From Geopsychrobacteraceae bacterium (GTDB lineage Bacteria > Desulfobacterota > Desulfuromonadia > Desulfuromonadales > Geopsychrobacteraceae), in the NCBI GenBank assembly GCA_963662315.1, contig OY759353.1, forward strand, positions 2,336,001-2,400,000: a DNA stretch of 64,000 bases. Direction: 5' to 3'. A program made the translations under genes and the position numbers. The first letter of the stretch is position 1. The number at the start of each line of letters is the position of its first letter. The notes beneath the pieces were generated by a model. The model was not told the DNA's origin, did no database searches, and saw only the letters and a program-made list of their open reading frames with translations. Of the stretch, positions 30,151 to 40,339 are shown in pieces.

Positions 30151-30595
30151 AGTAAGTAGCGAGTAACGCGCAACTCTTCAGAGCTACGTTACTCCACAAC
30201 AGCAAATTGCCCATTAGCTGCGCAGCAGCGTCAGGCTGACTGTGCTTGCTGGAGATAACAACATATGTTGTCCGCTATAATTTTCGTCAGAGTATTTGAC
30301 CTTTCCGGGCATTTTGCATACTTTTTTGCCCTGGAAAAAGTATGGCGCCGCTCGGGGGCGCGACCCCGAGGTCTTGATCTTGATTTTATTGCAACAGTCA
30401 AAGGAAACTTCGCAGGGTTTCGCCCCTGCAGGCGAGTTACCTTTTATCCTGAGCAATAAAAGGTAACCCAAAACTGCTCTTTAAAAAAGATTCGTGTTCG
30501 AGCGGCATTTCTTCAATGAAACCGCCAGCAAATGAGTAACCGGCCAACGGCTCAAACCACGCCTGATGGCCAGAATCGCACATGCCATAGGCATG
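30151..30595 (-). repeat. Fourth, inverted, diverged copy of the 436-bp structured repeat, lying between the aconitase and prpF genes
   Basis: Reverse complement contains TTTTTTAAAGAGCAGTTTTGGGTTACCTTTTATTGCTC...GATAAAAGGTAACTCGCCTGCAGGGGCGAAACCCTGCGAAG and CAAGACCTCGGGGTCGCGCCCCCG, identical to the array units. Confidence 0.95.
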
Positions 30596-30613
30596 CAGTA
30601 ATTGTTGAAACAA

Positions 30614-33208
30614 TCACAAATCTGGACCAGCAAAATTCCGATAGACTCGGGGCAGCAATCCCCCCTGGCGGAAGGTTTCCCGTTCGTTATCATTATACAG
30701 CCGCAGATCGAGTTCAATCACGTCACAGCGTCCGTCAGTCCGGTGAATTGTCAACTCAACAGTACCCAGATCAGGTCCAAATTTGATATCGAACACCTCT
30801 GTGCCATCCAGTCCCAAGGTTTTACGCGTCACCCCCGCCGGAAACTGTAGCGGGGCAATTCCCATATTGACCAGGTTGGAACGGTGAATGCGCTCAAAGC
30901 TCTCCGCCACGACCGCCCGGATACCAGCCAACCAGGGGGCCTTGGCGGCGGTATCACGCGATGAACCACAGCCATAATTCTTACCGGCGATAACCACCAA
31001 CGGCTGGTTGCGTTGTTGATAGGTAGCAATCGCTTCATAAATACGTGACTCTACCCCTTCGGGCATAATTCTGGTCCATGACCCTTCCTTACCCGCAACC
31101 ATCTCATTCTGCAGGCGGATATTGGAAAAAGTCGAACGGACGATGATATCTGAGGAACCACGTCGCGTACCATAGGCATTATAATCAGTCGGAGCCACCC
31201 CATGTTGATCAAGAAAATCAGCTGCAGCACTGCCAGACGGAATCGTTCCTGCGGGGGTAATATGATCAGTGGTAATTGAATCACCCAGAACAACCAGCGG
31301 ACGCAATCCAGGCCAATTGATCAGCTCCTGCGCTTGCGGCTGGATCCCCTGCAGGTACTTTGGCCAGGTTACGTAAGTTGAGAACGGCCACTGATACTCC
31401 CCGCTGTCGATTTTCAGGGCATTCCAATGTGGATTGACCTCTCGAATACCGGCATACACCTCACGAAAATCATCAGCACTCAGATGTTGTTCCAGAAGCG
31501 CCTTAACTTCCTCCTGGCTCGGCCAGAGGTCGTCCAACAGAACCGGTTTTCCAGCCTGATCATAGCCTAAAGGAGTACGGCTGATATCTGTTGCAATACT
31601 CCCAGCCAAAGCATAAGCAACGACCAGAGGCGGAGACGCTAATACATTTCGCGTTGCCTGAGGGTGAATGCGCCCGGGGAAATTGCGATTTCCCGACAAT
31701 ACAGCCACACAGTCGAGATTGTGCGTCTTGATCAGATCACTATAGGTCGGGTCAAGCTGGCCAGAGAGGCCCCCGCAGGTTGAGCAGGAAAAAGATGCCA
31801 GCTGAAATCCCAACTGATCCAGGTAGGGTTGCAGACCACTCTGCTCAAGATAGCGAGCCACCACCCGCGACCCCGGCGCCAGGGATGTTTTCACCTGCGG
31901 CTGACTGCGCAGTCCCTTCTCAACCGCTTTTTTGGCCAGTAACCCGGCGGTCAGCATATTGACCGGGTTCGCGGTATTGGTACAGCTGGTGATCGCAGCA
32001 ATAATGACATCTCCGTCAGCAAGCGTCCTGTCGCTACCAGGAACCTTTACCCTATTGACACGCCGTTGTTCTTCACCCAAGGCCAATGTCTGCACGGCAT
32101 TGGTCAGGTCAACCCGCTGTTCAGGGCGACCGGGCCCGGCCACGGAGCGGGTCACCGAAGCCAGGTCGAAAGTGACCACCTGATCATAGGAAATACTATG
32201 GGCAGTTCCTGTAAACCAGAGCTGTTGCGCTTTCATATACTGTTCAACAACAGCAACCTGCCGCGCCGGGCGGCCAGTGCTGCGTAAAAATTTGAGAGTA
32301 TTGTCATCAACCGGACAGTAAACACAGGTCGCTCCATATTCCGGTGCCATATTGGCAATGGTCGCCCGATCTTCTACCGACAGGTTGGTATAACCCGGGC
32401 CAAACAGCTCGACAAAACAATCGACCACCCCAAGCGCCCTTAACTTTTCGGTCATGGTCAGAGCAATATCGGTCGCCGTAATACGCGGGTCCGGGCGCCC
32501 GGTCATTTCAACACCGATCACCTGCGGAACATTGATAATGGCAGCCTCACCAAACATAATCGCTTCCGCCTCCAAACCGCCGATTCCCCAACCGAGAACT
32601 CCCAGACCATTGATCATGGTCGTGTGGCTGTCGGTACCAAAGCAGCTGTCCGGAGCCAGCAATGAACCTTCGGACGCGGGCAAGCGACCAACGCAGTCGG
32701 CCAGGTATTCGAGATTGACCTGGTGAATAATCCCGCCACTCGGAGGAATGATGGTCAGGTTGTCAAAACGCAACTCACACGCCTTCATAAAGGCAAAGCG
32801 CTCGCGGTTCACGGCACATTCTCGTGCTTCATTTTTACTGAAGGCATCTGTTTCTGCCCAGTAATTGATGGTCGCGGCGTGATCAATCATCAACGCCACC
32901 GGCAGCGACATATCAATCCGGGACACATCACCACCGGCGTTCGCCACCGCGGACCGCAGCGCCATAATATCAACCAGTAGCGGCAGCCCGAGCATATCCT
33001 GCAGAACCAGGCGTAACGGACGAAACGGCACCGCCCCACCAGACCGATCAATAACCGCCTGCAGTCCAAGCCCGGAGGCATCCTGCCGCACTACGTTTTC
33101 GGCCACAACCCGTAAGCTGTACGGAAGTTTCTCCAGCCTTTTCCCACACAAGCGGGGGAGATCAATCATCTGATAATTCTGGGTACCAATCGACAAAGTT
33201 GTTTTCAT
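30614..33208 (-). CDS. Aconitase-family hydratase, AcnA/AcnD type (divergent)
   Basis: 864 aa; 'LPYSLR', 'GIIHQVNLE', 'GTDSHT', 'AITSCTNT', 'SCSTCGG', 'LSGNRNF.GR', 'GCGSSRD'; adjacent to prpF. Confidence 0.9.
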   Translation of the reverse strand: MKTTLSIGTQNYQMIDLPRLCGKRLEKLPYSLRVVAENVVRQDASGLGLQAVIDRSGGAVPFRPLRLVLQDMLGLPLLVDIMALRSAVANAGGDVSRIDMSLPVALMIDHAATINYWAETDAFSKNEARECAVNRERFAFMKACELRFDNLTIIPPSGGIIHQVNLEYLADCVGRLPASEGSLLAPDSCFGTDSHTTMINGLGVLGWGIGGLEAEAIMFGEAAIINVPQVIGVEMTGRPDPRITATDIALTMTEKLRALGVVDCFVELFGPGYTNLSVEDRATIANMAPEYGATCVYCPVDDNTLKFLRSTGRPARQVAVVEQYMKAQQLWFTGTAHSISYDQVVTFDLASVTRSVAGPGRPEQRVDLTNAVQTLALGEEQRRVNRVKVPGSDRTLADGDVIIAAITSCTNTANPVNMLTAGLLAKKAVEKGLRSQPQVKTSLAPGSRVVARYLEQSGLQPYLDQLGFQLASFSCSTCGGLSGQLDPTYSDLIKTHNLDCVAVLSGNRNFPGRIHPQATRNVLASPPLVVAYALAGSIATDISRTPLGYDQAGKPVLLDDLWPSQEEVKALLEQHLSADDFREVYAGIREVNPHWNALKIDSGEYQWPFSTYVTWPKYLQGIQPQAQELINWPGLRPLVVLGDSITTDHITPAGTIPSGSAAADFLDQHGVAPTDYNAYGTRRGSSDIIVRSTFSNIRLQNEMVAGKEGSWTRIMPEGVESRIYEAIATYQQRNQPLVVIAGKNYGCGSSRDTAAKAPWLAGIRAVVAESFERIHRSNLVNMGIAPLQFPAGVTRKTLGLDGTEVFDIKFGPDLGTVELTIHRTDGRCDVIELDLRLYNDNERETFRQGGLLPRVYRNFAGPDL

Positions 33209-33369
33209 CTTTAGCAGCTTTCAGTTATAAATCAATCTAGTGGTTTTTTGTTACAACAAATTACCACCAACCCGGAAAGCTGACAACCAGATTCTTTTCC
33301 CCAACATGCCTTCTTCGGCTATATTGGCAGCAAAAACGTTTTAGATATTGAACCCAGGGAGAACACCAG

Positions 33370-34287
33370 GTGACAATAACCCCGCTCGTTAAACAGGTTG
33401 CTGCCCAAATCGTTGATTACATCAACGCTCTAGACAATCCGGCCGGGACCTTCCTCTCCGAACGTCAACTGGCAGCCAAACTGCTGGTTTCGCGCGGACC
33501 GGTGCGTAAAGCATTACAGCTTCTCTACCGGCAAGGGGTCATCGCAACCGCACCCCAGGGTGGATTTATTGCCAAACAGGGGATTACAGAAAAAATCGAT
33601 TCGACAAGCGAAATCAATCAATCTGCAGCCGAACAGCTATACCAGCAGATTGCCGCTGATCGACTGGCAGGCAAACTTAACGGTCGTATCAGTGAAAATG
33701 AACTGCTCAGACGCTATCAGATTTCACGCCCGTTGCTGGCCCGGGTTCTGCAGCGGATTGAATTTGACGGCTGGATCGAGGCGCTTCCCGGTCATGGCTG
33801 GCATTTCCCTGACATGCAAACCAGCATCAAAGATTATCTCGATGGCTACCGGTTCCGGGCGGTTATTGAACCTGCAGCGATTCTGGATCCAGCTTTTGAA
33901 GTTGATCGGGAAGCGTTACTAAAGTGCCGCACCGAACACGAACAGCTTCTGGCCAATGGTATAGAAAACGTGACTTCGCGGGAAATTTTTGAGATCAACA
34001 AACGCCTGCACGAAACAATTATCAGTGGCAGCCACAACAGTTTCTTCATCAGCAGCTTGAAACGGGTCAACGGCCTGCGCCGCTTGCTGGAGTACAACCA
34101 GAAAAGCGACCATCAGGCGGCCCTCAGGGCAACGCAAGAACACCTGGAGATTATCAATCTGCTTCTGGCTGATCGTCGTGACGAAGCAGCGCAAGCACTC
34201 AGCAGGCACCTTAACAGCATCAGTGAACGACGCAGCCAACTACACCAATCAGAGCATTCGGAAACAGGGATTAAACCTAAAACTTGA
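33370..34287 (+). CDS. GntR/FadR-family regulator (tandem wHTH plus FCD)
   Basis: 'LSERQLAAKLLVSRGPVRKAL', a second HTH 'SENELLRRYQISR', and an FCD-like C-terminus; divergent from the aconitase gene. Confidence 0.88.
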   Translation: MTITPLVKQVAAQIVDYINALDNPAGTFLSERQLAAKLLVSRGPVRKALQLLYRQGVIATAPQGGFIAKQGITEKIDSTSEINQSAAEQLYQQIAADRLAGKLNGRISENELLRRYQISRPLLARVLQRIEFDGWIEALPGHGWHFPDMQTSIKDYLDGYRFRAVIEPAAILDPAFEVDREALLKCRTEHEQLLANGIENVTSREIFEINKRLHETIISGSHNSFFISSLKRVNGLRRLLEYNQKSDHQAALRATQEHLEIINLLLADRRDEAAQALSRHLNSISERRSQLHQSEHSETGIKPKT

Positions 34288-34370
34288 GATAAGGCATACT
34301 GGAGCTACCAGCCAGCGGCTCAGGCCTCAGTAACCACCTGGGGGCTCAAATGCTTGTCAGCACAAAAGGA

Positions 34371-34402
34371 CCGTCGGTTGCAGACTCCGCTGCAACCGAC
34401 GG
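34371..34402. terminator. Perfect 13-bp inverted repeat between convergent gntR and amtB
   Basis: CCGTCGGTTGCAG-ACTCCG-CTGCAACCGACGG. Confidence 0.55.
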
Positions 34403-34435
34403 CTTAGACAGGTCATGAATATGCGCTGGGAAGGA

Positions 34436-35701
34436 TCAGAAATTGTAACCGGTTTCCGAGTGAGCGGATTGATCAAGACCCATGCGCTCGTCATCCTTTT
34501 CCACCCTTAGTCCCAGCGTTGCTTTAAGGATCACCATCAGCACGACGGTTACGATCACGGCATAGGCGCCAGCGGCGACCAAGCCCATCAATTGAACCCA
34601 AAGCTGATGAACATTGCCACCGATCAAACCGGTCGCGCCGACGCTGGCAAAGACACCGGTCACCAGAGCGCCCCAGGCACCACCGATGCCATGCACCCCA
34701 AAAGCGTCAAGAGAATCGTCGTAACCGAAGCGATGTTTCATCATCACACCACAGTAACAGACCACACCGGCCGTCAGCCCCATCAGCAACGCCCAACCGG
34801 GGGTTACAAAACCTGCGGCGGGGGTGATGACCACCAAACCAGCAACTATGCCCGAGGCGGCCCCCAGAGCACTCGGCTTACCGGCATGGTACCACTCAAT
34901 CATGATCCAGGCCAGGGCGCCAGCGGCAGCGGCTGTCTGCGTGGTAGTGAAAGCCAGCGCCGCGCTGCTGCCGGAAGAAAGGGCGCTGCCTGCATTAAAG
35001 CCGAACCAGCCAAACCAGAGCAGCCCGGCCCCCAACAGGGTCATCGGCAGGTTGTGTGGCGGCATCCGCTCATGCGGGTAACCGAGACGCTTGCCGAGGA
35101 AGATGGCAATAACAAGCGCGCTGATTCCCGATGAGAGGTGAACAACCGTGCCGCCGGCAAAATCGAGAGCGCCCGCTGCAGCCAGCCAGCCGCCACTCCC
35201 CCAGACCCAGTGACAGAGAGGATCATAAACCAGGGTACTCCAAAGCAGGATAAATACACAGTACGTGGAGAATTTCATTCGCTCGGCCACGGCTCCAGAA
35301 ATCAGGGCCGGAGTGATAATCGCGAACATACCCTGGAACATAACAAAAACATACGTTGGAATAGTTCCGCTCAGGCTATCGGGGGTAATCCCGGCCAGGA
35401 ACAGATGATCAAGGTTACCAAGCAGCAACCCAGAGCCGCCAAAGGCAAGACTGTAGCCGATCACGACCCACTGTACACCGACAATCGCCATGGCCGTAAA
35501 GGTGTGCATACTGGTGGAAAGAATATTTTTGGAACGGACCATGCCGCCGTAAAACAGGGCCAGGCCAGGAAGCATAACCAGAACCAGGGCCGATGAAATC
35601 AGCATCCAGGCAGTATCTCCACTATTGAGCTGATCAGCGGCAAAAGCGGGCGCAGCAGACAACAGCAGCCCTGTCAAATACACAATTTTCCTGATCATCA
35701 T
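34436..35701 (-). CDS. amtB: Ammonium transporter AmtB
   Basis: 'DFAGGTVVH', 'LLWFGWFGFNAGS', 'DDSLDAFGVHG'. Confidence 0.97.
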   Translation of the reverse strand: MMIRKIVYLTGLLLSAAPAFAADQLNSGDTAWMLISSALVLVMLPGLALFYGGMVRSKNILSTSMHTFTAMAIVGVQWVVIGYSLAFGGSGLLLGNLDHLFLAGITPDSLSGTIPTYVFVMFQGMFAIITPALISGAVAERMKFSTYCVFILLWSTLVYDPLCHWVWGSGGWLAAAGALDFAGGTVVHLSSGISALVIAIFLGKRLGYPHERMPPHNLPMTLLGAGLLWFGWFGFNAGSALSSGSSAALAFTTTQTAAAAGALAWIMIEWYHAGKPSALGAASGIVAGLVVITPAAGFVTPGWALLMGLTAGVVCYCGVMMKHRFGYDDSLDAFGVHGIGGAWGALVTGVFASVGATGLIGGNVHQLWVQLMGLVAAGAYAVIVTVVLMVILKATLGLRVEKDDERMGLDQSAHSETGYNF

Positions 35702-35783
35702 TGATCTCCTTTTATCTTCGATTGATAGCTACTTATGTTATTTCCATGCTTGGAAAAATACATGGTTATCCGGCGGTACGTGT

Positions 35784-35801
35784 AAGCAGACTATGTGCCA
35801 A
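35784..35801 (-). promoter_or_regulatory. sigma54 (-24/-12) promoter of amtB
   Basis: Minus strand TTGGCAC-ATAGT-CTGCT, ~85 nt upstream of the start; fits nitrogen regulation. Confidence 0.8.
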
Positions 35802-36038
35802 AACAGTAACACTCGGTTTTTCAAGACCATCTCAAAAGACGCCGAGGCAACATGCCTATATTTTAACCACAGGATGATCAAAAACTGATCGCTTTTAAAA
35901 TAAAAAATAAGCAACCCTTCCCGCGGCAGGATATTCCGCAAACTCATACAGGTCGCTTTCCCCATAAAAAAACACCTTCCCCGAGCATCCCAGCTTGGCC
36001 AGATTCAGTTTTTCCGACCTAAATCTTAGGGGGCTAAC

Positions 36039-36127
36039 TTGTATTCAGCCGCAGACTCCATTAATCTTTTAAACAAAAGCCTTTCACCACAAGCGCAAAG
36101 CCGCGTCATTTGACTGCGGTTTTTTAT
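36039..36127 (+). promoter_or_regulatory. sigma70-like promoter followed by a terminator-like hairpin in the leader of the antiporter gene
   Basis: TTGTAT-N17-TAATCT, then AAAGCCGCGTCA-TT-TGACTGCGGTTTTTT. Confidence 0.45.
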
Positions 36128-36205
36128 ATTTTCGGTTTTTCGTGACAGCCTCAAGCAATCACCCGCCGTCAACTGGCGTTAAACCGAACGACCAAGGATC
36201 ACTCG

Positions 36206-38071
36206 ATGACACACAATCTACCCCTTATCATTGCCCTGGTTCTGATGGCGAGTATCGCCTGCCAATGGTTGGCCTGGCGCGTCAGGCTGCCAGCAATTAT
36301 CTTTCTTCTTCTCACCGGAATTCTGAGCGGACCGGTATTCGGTCTGTTCAATCCGGAAGAGCTTCTGGGGGAACTTTTTTTCCCTTTTGTCTCCATGTCG
36401 GTCGCCATCATCCTGTTTGAAGGGAGCCTGACCCTGAACTTCCGTGAAATCAGTGGCCTTCAGGGAGTCGTACGCAACATGGTCTCCATCGGCATGCTGG
36501 TCACCTGGGTGATTACCGCCGTTGCGTCCCATTACGCTATCGGCCTATCCTGGCCAATCGCCCTGGTCTTTGGTGCCATTACCGTGGTCAGCGGGCCGAC
36601 TGTTATCGCTCCCCTGATGCGGACCGTCAGGCCAACCCCGGCAGTCGCCAATATTCTGCGCTGGGAAGGGATTGTCATTGATCCGATTGGTGCTTCACTG
36701 GCCGTTTTGATCTATGAATTCATTATTTCCGGTGGCGGCCAGAATGGCATCGGCCACACCCTACTCACGATCGGAAAATTACTGCTCGTCGGTGCGGCCA
36801 TTGGCTGCAGTGGAGGGTTGTTTTTCGGACATATCATTAAACGCCATTGGCTGCCTGAGTTCCTGCATAATGTTGCAGCTCTGACCCTGGTCATAGCCAG
36901 TTTCAACATTTCAAATGCTCTTCAACCGGAATCTGGCCTTGTGACAGTTACAGTCATGGGAATCTGGCTCGCCAATATGCGCGATGTTGACATGGAGGAG
37001 ATCCTCAATTTCAAGGAAAGTATCAGCGTCCTGCTTATCTCGCTGCTCTTCATTATGTTGGCGGCACGCCTTGATATGGGCGCCCTGCTTGCCCTTGGCT
37101 GGCGCACCGTTTTTCTTTTTATTGCGGTTCAGTTCCTGGCTCGACCACTCAATATCATGGTATCTGCTGCCGGCTCCAAATTGAGTTGGCCAGAGCGCAA
37201 TCTCCTGGCCTGGATTGCACCACGCGGCATTGTTGCCGCAGCCATCTCCGCCCTGTTTGCAGTGCAACTGGAAAAAGCCGGATACAGCGATGCGGCACTG
37301 CTGGTGCCACTGACGTTCTTCGTTATAATTGCAACGGTTGTTGTCCAAAGCATTACCGCCCGTCCACTAGCCAAACTGCTGGGAGTCGCCGAACCGGACC
37401 CCAAGGGATTCCTGATTATTGGCGCCAATTTAATCAGCCGTGAACTCGGCAAGGCGTTCATGCAGAATGGTATTCAAATCATGCTGACAGACACCAACTG
37501 GGACAATGTCTCTAAAGCCAAAAAAGACGGCCTGCCAGCGTATTTTGGCAATCCATTGTCCGACCATGCTGAGCGGCACATGAGCATGTCCGGCATTGGC
37601 CGGGTCCTGGCTCTGGCCCCCCATGCAAACATCAATGTTTCTGCCATGATGCACTTCCGCGCTTTTTTTGACCGTCAACATCTCTTCCTGCTGCAGACCA
37701 AACCGCAGGAACTTATCCCGGAACGCTCGAAATTACCAAGCAACCAAGGTCGCATTCTGTTTGGCCACCAGGTCACTTTTTCCTCCATGTATGAAACCCT
37801 GTCGCAGGGAGGGAAAATCCACGCCACCAAGTTGACGGAACAGTTTAACTTTCAAGCTTTTATGAAAAAGCATGGTGCCATGGCGACCCCACTGTTCAGT
37901 ATTGATGACAATAAAAATGTTCAGGTGTTCTGCGATAATGATGCACCATCGCTTAGCAAAGGAAAGCACACCCTCATCTACTTGCTTAACGCCCAGGCCG
38001 AGGAGATTAAAGAGGAACAGGTTATGCTCGAGCAAACCCTGAAAACCAAACCGGTTAGTAACAACATATAA
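36206..38071 (+). CDS. CPA1/NhaP-type cation:proton antiporter with C-terminal TrkA-N-like domain
   Basis: About 12 TMs; 'IILFEGSL', 'SGPTV', 'EGIVIDPIG', 'APRGIVAA'; C-terminal 'IIGAN'. Confidence 0.9.
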   Translation: MTHNLPLIIALVLMASIACQWLAWRVRLPAIIFLLLTGILSGPVFGLFNPEELLGELFFPFVSMSVAIILFEGSLTLNFREISGLQGVVRNMVSIGMLVTWVITAVASHYAIGLSWPIALVFGAITVVSGPTVIAPLMRTVRPTPAVANILRWEGIVIDPIGASLAVLIYEFIISGGGQNGIGHTLLTIGKLLLVGAAIGCSGGLFFGHIIKRHWLPEFLHNVAALTLVIASFNISNALQPESGLVTVTVMGIWLANMRDVDMEEILNFKESISVLLISLLFIMLAARLDMGALLALGWRTVFLFIAVQFLARPLNIMVSAAGSKLSWPERNLLAWIAPRGIVAAAISALFAVQLEKAGYSDAALLVPLTFFVIIATVVVQSITARPLAKLLGVAEPDPKGFLIIGANLISRELGKAFMQNGIQIMLTDTNWDNVSKAKKDGLPAYFGNPLSDHAERHMSMSGIGRVLALAPHANINVSAMMHFRAFFDRQHLFLLQTKPQELIPERSKLPSNQGRILFGHQVTFSSMYETLSQGGKIHATKLTEQFNFQAFMKKHGAMATPLFSIDDNKNVQVFCDNDAPSLSKGKHTLIYLLNAQAEEIKEEQVMLEQTLKTKPVSNNI

Positions 38072-38479
38072 TCGCTCCCAACTCACCACTAGCGGCAGAA
38101 GCTTTTAAAAAGTCACTTTCAGCCTCCGGGTGAATAATGTCACGCTCGTCCCTTCCACTCAGGCGCGGTATTATCTGTTTAACACGAAGTCGGACTATGC
38201 CACCCTGGAAGATTCCATTTACCGACGATAACCCGATGCCCAAGCAACTCCACAGCCTTCGCGCTCACTCAAAAACAAACAATAACGATATTCTATGTTT
38301 TAATGTTTAGACAAAAATAAAACACAACAAATGCTTGTACAGTTACACAAACAGCGTTATGCTTTAAATGTTATTTTTTATTTTATTTCTATGTTTCTGG
38401 TTTTTCCATGTGGTCCTTTACGACCCATATTGCTGAAAGCCGTGTCTTTCAGCCTGCCATTCATACCAGGAGAGAACTT

Positions 38480-39121
38480 ATGAAAATTTCATGCTTACTG
38501 TTTGATCGTATGACAACCCTTGACGCCATTGGCCCAACGACCATCCTGGCCAGAATGCCTGGTGCCGAAATATCTTTTGTCGGCTTGGAGAAAGGGGAAA
38601 TTCGTTCCGTGCAAAGCAAACTGGGAATGATTGCCGACTATGACCTTGCCAATGCGCCCAGTAGCGACATCATTATCATTCCCGGCGGCCCTGGCGTCAG
38701 GGACTTACTGGGTAATCAAAAAGTTCTAAACTGGCTGCGCAGTGAATATCGCTCAGCAAAATGGATCGTATCAGTCTGTACCGGTTCTTTGCTGCTCGGG
38801 GCCGCAGGACTGCTACAAGGACGTAAAGCAACAACCCACTGGACCGCATTTGACGAATTGCGCAACTTTGGCGCCAAGCCCGTAGCAGAACGCATGGTCA
38901 TTGATGGTCGGCTCGCCATGGGAGCGGGTGTTTCAGCAGGAATTGATCTCGCCCTGGCCCTGGTATCACTGATTACCGATGAAGACACAGCCCGAGCTAT
39001 TCAACTGAAAATCGAATACGATCCCCAGCCTCCCTTCAGCGGCGGTACGCCACAGAAAGAAAGTGCTGACATCATCGACCTGGTGCGCACCTTTCAACCA
39101 CCAATGGCCAAAGCACAATAG
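38480..39121 (+). CDS. DJ-1/PfpI family protein (isonitrile hydratase-like)
   Basis: 'LDAIGP', 'IIPGG', nucleophile 'SVCTG', 'GVSAGID', 'IEYDPQPPF'. Confidence 0.9.
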   Translation: MKISCLLFDRMTTLDAIGPTTILARMPGAEISFVGLEKGEIRSVQSKLGMIADYDLANAPSSDIIIIPGGPGVRDLLGNQKVLNWLRSEYRSAKWIVSVCTGSLLLGAAGLLQGRKATTHWTAFDELRNFGAKPVAERMVIDGRLAMGAGVSAGIDLALALVSLITDEDTARAIQLKIEYDPQPPFSGGTPQKESADIIDLVRTFQPPMAKAQ

Positions 39122-39183
39122 ATTAGCCAGACGGCATTTTGCGGTAGCAAAGTGCCGTCTGGCCCATCATTACAGACACAACT

Positions 39184-39227
39184 CAATACAAAAGGCAGCC
39201 CAACCTAACGGGCTGCCTTTTGTATTG
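39184..39227 (+). terminator. Intrinsic terminator (18-bp perfect inverted repeat)
   Basis: CAATACAAAAGGCAGCCC-N8-GGGCTGCCTTTTGTATTG. Confidence 0.8.
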
Positions 39228-39349
39228 CAATCAGGATTGCTTCACGTTCTGCATTCGGACACGACCAATCAGCTTTCATCATGAGCAAATTGCTGCTATG
39301 CTCTGGCCCTGTTTAACAAGATTCAGCAGCAAACCTGCAGTAAAGAACA

Positions 39350-40063
39350 TTGTTTATGGAACTCCTCCTGATTACCGCCCTGTCATTTATCAGCGCACTG
39401 GTTACATCGATATTCGGCTTTGGAGCCGGCCTGGTACTAACACCCCTACTCAGCTTTATCATGCCGTTAAAAGAAGCACTTGGTATCGGCGCCTTTGTCT
39501 TTTTCTTCACTTCCGGATCCAAATTGATCTGGTACTTCAAAGACATCGACTGGAAGACCCATCGTTACGGTTTTGGTCTCGCCCTGGTCGGTCTAATTGC
39601 CGGATTCGGCCTAATCACCGCCATCAACGCATTCTGGCTTGAGAAAATCTATGCCACCATGTTGATCATATTCGGCATCAAAGCCCTGCTCAATAAAGAT
39701 ACCGAAAAAAGACAATTCCCCGCATTCACATATCCGATCTTAGGGGGTCTGTTTTCTGCACTGGTTCATGGCGGTGGGGTCTTCTTTCTCCGCTTATGCC
39801 AATTTTCCGGAATGGACCGCATACAAACCGTAGCCACCGTTGCTGCAATCAATTTCTCCATGTGCTGCTTCAAGGTTCTGTTCTTTGCCGGGGTTCAGCA
39901 CGTAGACCCAACCCGAATTATTACCTTATTCCCGGCTTACATTGCCGCCATTTTCGGTACCCGCATAGGGCGAAGCGTTTTAAAAAACTACGTAGACGAG
40001 CGCACATTCTCGCTCGGAATCGGAGTCTTGCTCTTACTACTTTCGCTTAAGTACATTGCTTGA
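39350..40063 (+). CDS. TauE/SafE (TSUP) family membrane protein
   Basis: Hydrophobic 237 aa with the 'GFGAGLVLTP' and 'GGGVF' two-repeat pattern. Confidence 0.8.
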   Translation: MFMELLLITALSFISALVTSIFGFGAGLVLTPLLSFIMPLKEALGIGAFVFFFTSGSKLIWYFKDIDWKTHRYGFGLALVGLIAGFGLITAINAFWLEKIYATMLIIFGIKALLNKDTEKRQFPAFTYPILGGLFSALVHGGGVFFLRLCQFSGMDRIQTVATVAAINFSMCCFKVLFFAGVQHVDPTRIITLFPAYIAAIFGTRIGRSVLKNYVDERTFSLGIGVLLLLLSLKYIA

Positions 40064-40339
40064 CTGGACCCAAACCGGGCAGACATATTAGTGCTCCGCC
40101 AGAATTCTGTGAACAGCGAGTATTTGGAATTTAGCGTTGAAAGCAAACAGCCTGGACGGGACCATTCCAACCTGATTAAACTGGAATAGCGTTTTGATCA
40201 CCCCCACTTCGCCTGTGCACGCGAAGCTGATCCGAACGAAGATATTTTGAACTTATCGCAGTATTTTTTGCCTTAGCAGGCTCAAAAAAAAAGCGAGGGA
40301 GCCCAACGAGCTCCCTCACACCAAAAAGTCTTTTTAAAC

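Noticed and set aside
34436..35960. Expected glnK next to amtB
   Set aside because: No PII ORF is seen. Solo amtB paralogs are common, so this is not treated as a finding.
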